Virus record (IMG/VR): IMGVR_UViG_3300029310_000016
Direction: 5' to 3' (one strand)
DNA length: 49,780 bases
DNA from: a virus
Shown: positions 14,371 through 23,700 of the stretch, one piece after another
Position numbering within the stretch: the stretch's first letter is position 1
Layout: every line of letters starts with the position of its first letter
The notes under the pieces: model-generated
The model's database searches: none
What the model saw: the letters and a program-made list of their open reading frames with translations, nothing else
Told to the model about the DNA's origin: nothing
Translations under genes and position numbers: made by a program

Positions 14371-14798
14371 GCTGTTGTCGTTACTGTTACTGTCAGCGGA
14401 ATGTCGCAAACAAAAGTACGGCTGCATGGCTCACATGCACTCTTGGCGATGCCGTTCACTGCTGTTCCCTGTGCAATAGTCACAGATGGCGCACTCGCAC
14501 TCGCAAGCGGAATGGTGAAATCTTGAGATACAACTTGTGCCTTTGTGCAGCATGATCCGCATCCGCATGGCACATAATGCACAACGCCTTCGACATGAAA
14601 GGTTAACAGATACAATCCTGTACTGAGCAAACTTGCACCCACATAGCTAATGACAGGCGCAAAAACTGGCGATTCGTCAGCGCATGCGCTTGTGCAGAGC
14701 TTCTGGGTGATATTGACGCCAAACCTGTAAGGACTGGCCGTGCTTCCTGCCGCCAATGTCGTTTCTATATTGGCAGGCATAGTTTTCCTGTTGTTCAT
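14367..14798 (-). CDS. Hypothetical Cys-rich protein
   Basis: 143 aa with LCTSAC, PCGCGSCC and CEPC...C clusters. Confidence 0.55.
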   Translation of the reverse strand: MNNRKTMPANIETTLAAGSTASPYRFGVNITQKLCTSACADESPVFAPVISYVGASLLSTGLYLLTFHVEGVVHYVPCGCGSCCTKAQVVSQDFTIPLASASAPSVTIAQGTAVNGIAKSACEPCSRTFVCDIPLTVTVTTTA

Positions 14799-14811
14799 CT
14801 TTATGTCCTCC

Positions 14812-15234
14812 TTAATGTATTACTGTGTAGCGGTCTGCCGCCTCTATGGGCAGGTTCTTTTGCAACAGTTCGTCCAGCTCTGTGATATCTGCTTCCTCAA
14901 AAGTCAGAAGGCCATCAAACACGCTCAGCGTGCCTCCGTCCTCCTTTATCTTATCAACAATATTGCGTGCCACTTGCGGAATAGCCTCGTCTGGAATGTT
15001 ACCCATGTATTGCGCCAGCATAGGTTCAATCAATGCATCTACAACAGGGCGCATCAACGGTTTTATATCCTCTGCAAGGCTGTATCCTTGGCCGACCAGC
15101 CCACTGCTCATCATCACTCCCTGAAGACTGTTGAACATTGGCAACTGCGTGAGCTTGCCCGATGCTATCTGCAAGACCGCAGGGCGTGCCCACTCAGTTA
15201 CCACAGCCGCTAATTTCTGTGCGTTTGTCCACAT
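14812..15234 (-). CDS. Hypothetical protein
   Basis: The start is taken at MWTNAQKLAAV, just after the upstream stop at 15243. Confidence 0.5.
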   Translation of the reverse strand: MWTNAQKLAAVVTEWARPAVLQIASGKLTQLPMFNSLQGVMMSSGLVGQGYSLAEDIKPLMRPVVDALIEPMLAQYMGNIPDEAIPQVARNIVDKIKEDGGTLSVFDGLLTFEEADITELDELLQKNLPIEAADRYTVIH

Positions 15235-15242
15235 GATGAATG

Positions 15243-15767
15243 TTATCCGTTGCCGCATGCACAGCCGCAACCGCTCGTGCATACGTTAGATGATGGAATA
15301 TACAGCTTGGTCACGCTCTGCAGCGCTGCCGTCTGACTCTTAAGCACATCGATGCTGGCATTAGCAGCCGCATTGTAAGCCATCTGCTGTGCGTTGAACT
15401 GTTCCTGCGCTCTGCGGTCGGCCTCCATCTTGTCTGACAGGCGATTAGTCTGTGTTTCCAGGTTGGCGTACACTTCGACAAGCTTCTTGTCTGTGTAACT
15501 CTCGCTTTCCTTTATTGCAAGAAGGCTGTCACGCTTTGCAATCTCCAGGTTCTTTTCCGATAAGCTCATGCTCATATCAAGCTCAGCCTTGGTTACAGGA
15601 CGTGTGTCTGGACAGTTGGCCGCTGCGTTCTGGTTGACATATCCGAGGACGTTTGCGCCACCTCCAAGAAGAGCCGCTGCAAGTCCTGCTATGCCAAAGC
15701 CAAGAGCCGTATTTGTCTTGCCGTTGCCAGCCACGTCTGCTGTGCCGTTTGGTGTGTTGACTATCAT
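15243..15767 (-). CDS. Hypothetical membrane-anchored coiled-coil protein with Cys-rich C-terminus
   Basis: Gly-zipper TM ALGFGIAGLAAALLGGGANVLGYV, a central heptad-like region, and the C-terminal VCTSGCGCACGNG. Confidence 0.55.
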   Translation of the reverse strand: MIVNTPNGTADVAGNGKTNTALGFGIAGLAAALLGGGANVLGYVNQNAAANCPDTRPVTKAELDMSMSLSEKNLEIAKRDSLLAIKESESYTDKKLVEVYANLETQTNRLSDKMEADRRAQEQFNAQQMAYNAAANASIDVLKSQTAALQSVTKLYIPSSNVCTSGCGCACGNG

Positions 15768-15789
15768 ATCAATTCAATGTTAAAAGGTT

Positions 15790-16320
15790 TTATAAAACGG
15801 TTGTATGCGCACTCACCGATTGCCTATATAACATATCATGCACACGTTTTGTTTCCGAATTTAATATTTTTTTTATTTTTTGTCTCGCTTGCGCAATGCG
15901 TGCCTTTGTTGTGCCTATAGGTTGCTTAAGTATTTCGCTTATCTCTTTATACCGATACCCTTTGAGTAACAGCGTCAGCTCTGCCCTCAGACGTTTTGGA
16001 AGACATGCAATCATACTCCCTGCATCATCAGTATATTCTGGCTGCACTCCAACATCTTTTCCACTCCTGCTGTATAATGTGCGGCATTTCGACTTAAGAA
16101 GATTGATATGCTGATTATTCATGATGCTATACACCCATGCTTTCAGTTTGCCCTGTTCCTGGTATCTGCTTTCGTTGCGTAAAGCTACTAATAATGTCTC
16201 CTGAGTAAGGTCTTCCGCTTCATCGGTGTTGCCTGTCAGCTTCAATGCATGCAGCCGTAATTCCGCACGCATTGAAGCTACCCTGTTTTGAAAATCGTCT
16301 ACATTGAGTTCCATGTCCAT
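15790..16320 (-). CDS. ECF-type RNA polymerase sigma-70 factor
   Basis: Region 2 EAEDLTQETLLVAL...LKAWVYSIMNN. Region 4 LPKRLRAELTLLLKGYRYKEISEILKQPIGTTKARIAQARQKI. Confidence 0.8.
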   Translation of the reverse strand: MDMELNVDDFQNRVASMRAELRLHALKLTGNTDEAEDLTQETLLVALRNESRYQEQGKLKAWVYSIMNNQHINLLKSKCRTLYSRSGKDVGVQPEYTDDAGSMIACLPKRLRAELTLLLKGYRYKEISEILKQPIGTTKARIAQARQKIKKILNSETKRVHDMLYRQSVSAHTTVL

Positions 16321-16338
16321 CTGAATTAAATAATAATG

Positions 16339-16346
16339 CAAATGTA
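16339..16346 (-). promoter_or_regulatory. Bacteroidota -7 box (TACATTTG = TAnnTTTG) upstream of the sigma gene
   Basis: Plus-strand caaatgta, 18 nt upstream of the ATG at 16320. Confidence 0.35.
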
Positions 16347-16418
16347 GACGTAATCATTATTCTATTCGTTATTTGTGTTTTATTTTTACTAATAGTGTTA
16401 TAAGGGAAACTAATAACA

Positions 16419-17324
16419 CTAACCTTCCGCTGCGGAAAGGATAGGCATTGAATAGTCTTTAATCAGTCGGAGAAAAGCTTCCGCACTCGGCTTTTTAGGA
16501 CAGTTCTTCAGGAAGTGCACATTGCTTGATAATGCAACCGAAAATCCTTCAATTGGCAGAGCAATTAGGTATGGCCGCGTTCTTACGTACAGTTCTGGCA
16601 AGAACGTAAGAAGATTCAGATTGTTGGCCATTGTCATGGCTGCTGCTGCGTCTGTGACTGTTGCCCTTATTCTTAGCTTGGAGAAGTCAATATCTACGTA
16701 CTTGCCGATACTGCTGAACACTCGTTGCCCTGCATCTGGAAGGATAATGTCATGAGTCAAGACATCATCCTTCGTGATGATTGATTTGCCTGCGAGCGGA
16801 TGCGAACGTCCCATCACAGCTCTCAGATGATAGCTGATGCAAGGTGTACTATCTATCGGCTCGTTATGATATGCAATGTTTGTCGTAAATGCCATGTCAA
16901 TCTCCTGATTTCTTAGCAACGTGTTCAGATTCTTTGCCTGTGCAAAGATGGCATTCATACGAACATTAGGATGATCTGTCATGAACTTGGCCGCTGCAAG
17001 TTCTATGTATGGTGCAATGAAAGAGCCTACACCTATATTCAGTTCTCCTGTAAGCATGTTATTCACATCGGCTACAGAGTTGTAGCAGTCCTCCATGCTG
17101 CGCACTGCGGCCTTTGCTCTAATGAGAAGGGCGCACCCTGTATCCGTAAGCGACAAACTATGAGAATGCCTCTTTATGAGCTGCGCTTTCAGTTCATCTT
17201 CTAAGGCTCTTATTTGATAACTTACCGCTCCTTGTGTTATACTGCAGCGTTGTGCTGCTCTGCTGAAGCTTCCTGTTTCGGCTACCTGAATGAAGATTTT
17301 AAGCTGTCTGTATTCCATGATCAT
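16419..17324 (-). CDS. LysR-family transcriptional regulator
   Basis: N-terminal HTH LKIFIQVAETGSFSRAAQRCSITQGAVSYQIRALEDEL plus a substrate-binding-domain-sized C-terminus. Confidence 0.85.
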   Translation of the reverse strand: MIMEYRQLKIFIQVAETGSFSRAAQRCSITQGAVSYQIRALEDELKAQLIKRHSHSLSLTDTGCALLIRAKAAVRSMEDCYNSVADVNNMLTGELNIGVGSFIAPYIELAAAKFMTDHPNVRMNAIFAQAKNLNTLLRNQEIDMAFTTNIAYHNEPIDSTPCISYHLRAVMGRSHPLAGKSIITKDDVLTHDIILPDAGQRVFSSIGKYVDIDFSKLRIRATVTDAAAAMTMANNLNLLTFLPELYVRTRPYLIALPIEGFSVALSSNVHFLKNCPKKPSAEAFLRLIKDYSMPILSAAEG

Positions 17325-17340
17325 GAATTTATTTAAAGCA

Positions 17341-17371
17341 CAAATATATAAAAAGCTTGCGTGACTGCAAA
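17341..17371 (-). promoter_or_regulatory. Bacteroidota-type promoter for the LysR gene (TTTG -33, 19-nt spacer, TATATTTG -7)
   Basis: Minus strand reads TTTG-CAGTCACGCAAGCTTTTTA-TATATTTG, about 17 nt upstream of the ATG. Confidence 0.45.
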
Positions 17372-17401
17372 AAAAGGAACGAAAGACTATGCTTCCGTCC
17401 C
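17369..17401 (-). terminator. Strong rho-independent terminator ending the late/structural operon
   Basis: GGGACGGAAG-CAUAGU-CUUUCGUUCC (10 bp, two G-U) followed by U7. Confidence 0.7.
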
Positions 17402-17416
17402 TTAATTCTTAGCATG

Positions 17417-17758
17417 TTAATAACCGTTTTGTGGATCACGATTTACACAACCTCGTACCACGCACTGAAATCTCTGCAAGTTTAACTCCAACTGTGCTTT
17501 CTGTCTGCTCAGCTCCAGCACTTCTGTATTCAGCTTGCGCACAATTTCCGTTTGCTCGGCAAATCTCAGCTCTTTCTCTTTTAGCTGATTCTGCAGAAAA
17601 TCCATGGCATCCTTCAAGACGTTGAATTCCACATTATCAGCTTCTGCTTCAGCCTTTCTTCTGTTAGTCTTGCGATTCAGGCAGTACCTTATCGCTTCCC
17701 ATCCGCCCATCGCTGTGATGACAGATACTACAATCTCCATTACTTGCATAATCTTCAA
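17417..17758 (-). CDS. Hypothetical N-terminally anchored coiled-coil protein
   Basis: 113 aa with TM MEIVVSVITAMGGWEAI followed by a long heptad region. It is the last gene before the terminator. Confidence 0.55.
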   Translation of the reverse strand: MKIMQVMEIVVSVITAMGGWEAIRYCLNRKTNRRKAEAEADNVEFNVLKDAMDFLQNQLKEKELRFAEQTEIVRKLNTEVLELSRQKAQLELNLQRFQCVVRGCVNRDPQNGY

Positions 17759-17798
17759 TCAATTCTGTTAAAACTATAAAATTTCATTTGGCACTCTA

Positions 17799-20700
17799 TT
17801 ATTTAGTGATAGTCCATCCCTTTGCCAGAGCCTCTTCGATTTGCGTCTGCGTGATGTGCGCAAAAGTGTTGGCAGAGAAATACAAAGTGCGAGAGAGGTT
17901 GAGCGAAGTGAGGTCTGGAAGACATGAGAGCACATCGGCAATCTCATCATCGTTGACCCACGAGTCGAGGTCTTTGAACACGCTGTTGAAAGCATTAACC
18001 CTCTTGTAGAAATTGAAGAAAGGAGCACCGAGCTTTAGGGATTCAATCTTTCGGCATTCCTTAAAGATGTCGTTCATTGCATACGTAGGACCAAAGTTAG
18101 ATGTGTCCAAATCGCCCAAGTCAACATATTTAAGGCCGACACACCATTTGAATGTTTCGGCCAAGTTATCAATGGTGGTGGCCTCCATCCCTCGGAAATT
18201 AACTCTCTCCAATGCGTAGCAATCATAAAACATTCTGTACATGGAGTTAGTTCCAGGTTTGGAAATTTTAGCCTTTGAGAAATCCACACTCTTCAACGCC
18301 TTGCAGCGGAGGAACGCTTCGTCCATAACACCAACAATAGTCATGCCATCGAAGCAGACAGATTCGAGAGATGAGCAATCCACGAACGCTCGTAGAATTT
18401 TCACAGACTTGATGTTGCAAAGCTCGTTGAAAGACTTGATGGCTGTGTTGCCCTTGAACCAATCTGTGATGTCCGTCAATTCTCTAAAATCATCCTCGCC
18501 AACCACATTACCCTTATTGCCGACCTTCTTGCTAAGAATCACACGCTCCACCTCCGCATCGGCAAAACGCTGTCGCTGCACCGCATCGGCAGAGACAGCC
18601 ACCTCGATGCTGCTGACCGAAGACGGAGTGGTCTTGCTTCTCACCGTCACAGTGCCAGACGCAGCTTCGCCATGCGCATTAGCATAGACCCATCCGTTAT
18701 CAGACACGCCAATGCCGCCATCTGCCGAATATTCCACTTGCGTGTATCTCGCATTGTCGGTGTTGGACTCAAGCGCAGCGGAGACAAACTGATTGCCGAG
18801 CGACAGGTTGACAGCAGAGATGAGCGGATAAGCGCATTTGAACGTCCTCACCGCCTTCACTCCCTCGACCTGTGCCGACACAGCTGTGAATGTGACATCG
18901 TGCAGCGAGCCAGCGTTGGCCGCATTCATCGTGAGCATCTTGATGAACCGAGTTTCAGTGTCGGCCACAGAGACGCCATCCGAACCCGACTTTGACAGCG
19001 TGAAGTATTCCTTGCGAGTAGGCTCAGGGTCGTAGCCGATGGCAAGCGGAGCTGTGTCGAACACGAACGTCTCGCCATCCTTCCCCAAATATTCATTGGG
19101 GATGGACAGCGACAGGGCATTCAGCTCGTCCGTGGCATAATCGACACCGTAAATGTCGTAGTCGATATAGCGAAGGGAATAATCGTCAAACGTTTTGCCT
19201 TCCTCTTTGGCAAGCTGCCGCATGTATGATTGCCAATGCGAGCCACCAATAGCATAGATGCGCCCAGCATTCACAGACCAATTCTCAGCCTTTTTATAAT
19301 CGTCCATAAAGCCAGAAGGAACATAGATGACTGCACCTTGATTTATATTTTCAGAATTTAGATTCTCCGCTTTTGGAACGACAAAAGACCGCATGATCAA
19401 ATTAGAGTGACAGCACAAGGCTCTTGAGTCGGTCAATTCATGCACACCGATGTCAAGAATCCTCAATTCCTTATTGCCGTAAACCAGATGTCGGCCATAC
19501 GCACCAATATGGGGAGAGCCGATTTTTCTCACATTCGGAAAAAACACCGCCCTGCATAAGGCATTTTGCGACACGCATGCCTCACCAGCTTCTTCAACAT
19601 GTGGCGCAAATATGACCTTTCCCAATGTGCCAAGAGACGTGCCAAGAGAATAGCCTTCCGCAATGATTTTCACAGCACCTGTGTTAATCATGCCCTCCAC
19701 AGATGAATTAAGCCGCGTTATTCTTGTAGAGCTATACTGATTACCAATAAAACCCATGGGGAACACAGTCAGGCATTCAGGCGTGCTCAGATGCAAAAGG
19801 GTGCAATTCTGGAAAGTGACAGAATCGACCTTTGACACAGACGTCAGGGCAAACTCGTCAAAATATTTCACCGACTTATTATTCCTAAACCATTCCTTCA
19901 CATCCTTCACCGCAGCCAGTTCGTCCAAAGTGAGATTAGCGTTCTCGTCACCCTTCACGTTCTTGCCGAGCACCTTGCGCACCTCGTCATCCTTAAATCT
20001 GACGTAGTAGTTCAGTATATTCAGCACAAGCGCAGGGAAGGTGCTGCGCAACCTGTCTACATCATCCTTATAAGCGGCATCGGCAGTTATTGAACCCTGT
20101 ATCGCTGGCAATGAGTAATCTGGCATAAGCGTGCCGACATCTTCATTGTATGTGACATTAGCGTAACCCTTGCCTTCTTCGCTATTGACGTACAGATTAG
20201 CTGCAATCTTAGCGAGTGCCGATAAGTCTGTCGTGTCACCTTGAATATTCATATCCCATGACAGCGACAAGAATTGCAGCTTATTCCCTGCAATCGCAAG
20301 CACCTTCTTAAGAATATCCATAGGGTTGATGCCTCTGCATCGGTTAATGTACAGCGTATCTATATTTCCGTACCCTGCTATCTGTGCGCCTTCTTCTTTC
20401 AGCTTGTTTAATGAGTGCAGAAACAAAGTCGTAACACTCGAAGGAAGAGACAGCTTTTCAAGCTTAGAGCCAACAGGAAGCATGAGACGTGAAATGTTCG
20501 TGCCTCTAAAGTATGTCTCACGCAATCTTGGACACTGCTGCAAATCTATATTGCCACTAAGCGAAGACACGTTGCTCGCATCCACCACCTCCACGGCATC
20601 GCCAGCCACTGCCAGCGTTGCGGCATTGAATCCGTTAGCCGACACGTCAGCTGTGTTCGCATCGCCAACCTTGACGCTGCGCAACCTCTTGCTTCGCACA

Positions 20701-23700
20701 TCGAAAGAAATGTCTGTGCCACCACCACGAGAAGCCAGCTTCAATCCGCTCAAATCTCCAAGCTCAGACAGCAAATCCACGTTCTTCAGATAACATGTCG
20801 TGGCACCGTCAGATTCAGCAACAAGCTGGCACACCTCATCTGCCTTCGTGCGCTTGCCCTGTGTGCTTTCTGCGCCACCTATGCTTATTGTAGGATATAT
20901 CTCAATGGCAGGCTTGACATTAAACGTGAAAGGAGACGCTGGCGTGAATTCTATCGTGCCAAGTCCATCTGCGTCCGAGCCGTTGAATGCGCCTATGTGG
21001 TATTTGCTCATTATGTAATCTATGCGCCTCATTAGCCACAACTTCTCTCCTTCCAGCTGATCGCCTCCTGCTTGTGTCAATGGAGGCACGTTGTTGTACA
21101 CCGCTGTAGGCTTCTTGGCCCATACGTCCACATACGCCCACTTTGTATCTTCGTTATACGCTGCCATGGGGAAATACAGTGAACTATTCGCCCAGAAATA
21201 TTGACCCATAATCTTGTACACACGTTCTCTTGTGTTACCCGACAATCCCTGTTCTGTTGCCATTGATACCATTTCGCTGATGATAGTGCGCATCATGGTT
21301 CTAAGTCCGTCCGCATCTGTTAGTTCAAAGTGTCTCCAGAACGCAGAGGATGAACCTTGAAAAACCTCATCACCTGTTGCAAGGTAGTCCGATGGCTCTA
21401 CATTATATTTCTTTGTTCCCTGTCCGTTGTTGTCTCTGTCAAGAATAGTGTCCAGGTCATCCTGATTGAATCCCCATTTACCGCCATCGGCCACAGCCTT
21501 AAACTTGCGCCAATAACTGTTTTTTGCGTCATTGTCGGTAGCTCCTATCAGCATGCGGTAGCACCAGTGGAAGCGAGCCTCGCTGATGCTGATGTGCTCA
21601 TCCACTTCGGATAAAAACTTCAAGCTTCTTGCAGATCGAAGTTTGTTTCCTGCTGCTCCTGCAGACAAGCCAAGATAGTCGAAGACATTATGCCCCTCTA
21701 CTTTTTTGAAGTTTTTCGTAGCGTTGCTGTACGCATACAGCACACCATGCTCGTCAACAACACTGACAAGCTTGTGTGACACGTCATAGCTCCATGTGTC
21801 TGCATTAAGCATGCTGTGTCCGCTGCGGAATGCTGCCACGTCTGCATTGATTTCGTCTATGCTCTTGCCAATTTCCGATGTCGTGACAAGATACGGAGAA
21901 GTGAAGAATACAAACTCGTAAGCAGGGCGAAACTCACTCTCGAAGAGTGCCCGAACCTCATTAACGTCTTCTGCCGTGTCATAGCCAGATGCTATGTCAG
22001 CATCCCATCCTTCCTCTCCGCCAAACGTCAATGTCTCATTATCTCCATCATACACCACATCATCCCATGCGCACAGAAAGCGCGTGGCCAAAGGCGCATG
22101 GTTCGGACCTTCAATCATCATCAGATTCGGGAAGGAAGTAGTCTCGTTGTAGCCAAACGTCTTCTTGTTTCCCTTGTCCGCTCCTGCTGTGTACAAGCCG
22201 ATGAACTCATACCTGTTGTCGCTGTACTTCTGAAATCCCAAGAACGGATATTGCTTCGTTGCCACTCGGCATGATGCAGAAGGCAACACATCCTTCCACC
22301 CGATGATGCGATGCCACAAATCATTATACAGACCACAAGCTCCTATTTTGTGACCCTGCATCGAAGACGCTATGTTTTTCTTCGCTGTAAGCTTCGATAC
22401 CTTCGGACTGCGCTCATATCCGTCTATGTAGCCGTCTTTCCCCTCTTCTTTCTTGCTGTACGTCTGGCTGTCTTCATCCCATCCGTAATAGAATGTAGCA
22501 GACTTTATCTTGTTGCGAAGATTCCATCTGTAATACTTCTTCGAGGTCGTGCCCTGGCCATCGCATGGTATGTTCTCAATCTTCACATTCCATTCGGGGT
22601 GCTCTGCGTATTCAATGCGCAAGTTGATGCCGCTGATGCCCTTCGTGTTGTTCTCCAAATCTGGCAAATGCTGGTCTGTCTCATAGACGAGACAGTTGTA
22701 ACCCCTTGCCTTTGCCATGGAATAAGTGAGAGTCTGGCCATCCATGATGTCATTTGCTTCTCGAATCTCCGCACGATTGCGCTCAGAAGTCTCAATCATG
22801 GCATTAAGGAAATTGTCTTTTACCTCATTGCTCTCCAATGCTCTTGTGTAAGTGCGATACATATAGAGCGAGAAGTCTGAGGCATCCTGTCCCATGACGA
22901 TTTCACCGTCTCCAAAGCCACCTGTGTATTCAAAAACAAAATTGCTCACGCCATTAACGTAGCACTGGCAAAGATTGCGGCCGTTGCCTGAATAATTAGT
23001 AGTGAAGACAAGCGCAACATGATTGATGCTGTTCTCTGTGAGATTAACCTGTTGATAGTCCTGGCTGCGTTGAGCTGCAGTGAGGCACACTAAGCGAGTA
23101 GGGAAAAGCACAAGGCCGACAGAACTGCTCTCGCTGTACTCGTCAGTGTTCATGATCGTGAATATCGGCTTGCCGTAGTCGGCTATGGTGCTGACCTTGT
23201 ACAAAAATTCAACTGTCCGACTTCTCGCAGCCGTTTCTCGCAGTGGAGTTATCGGCACTTTGGCCGAAGAGTTAGCCAAAACACGAAAACATGAATGTCC
23301 GTCTTCGTCTGTGCAATACCCATCTTTCTCATTCCACATCATATCAACAGACTCGATCGCATACATCTTGCCGTTTGCTTCGTTGATGAGCTGCTCCCTG
23401 TTTGCGCCCTTGTTGCTGTTGTTTGCGGCTTTGAAGTAGAAATCGTAGCCTCTTGTCGCTATGTAAGCGTTGCTGTTGTCTACTTTCGTAGTTACCGTTA
23501 CAGTCTCGCCACCATCAGCCGCGCCTGTGATGATAAGCTGCATGCCTTCAGTCTCTTCACTCTCAATTTCAAGTGAGAGCGGATATTTCGTCACCGTTTG
23601 CGTCTGCACACCCATAATGACATCGTCAACTTTAACGCTGTAATCCTTCTGCGAGTCCTTTGCTGTAACATTGAATGTTGCCGTGTCCGTTCCATACAGC

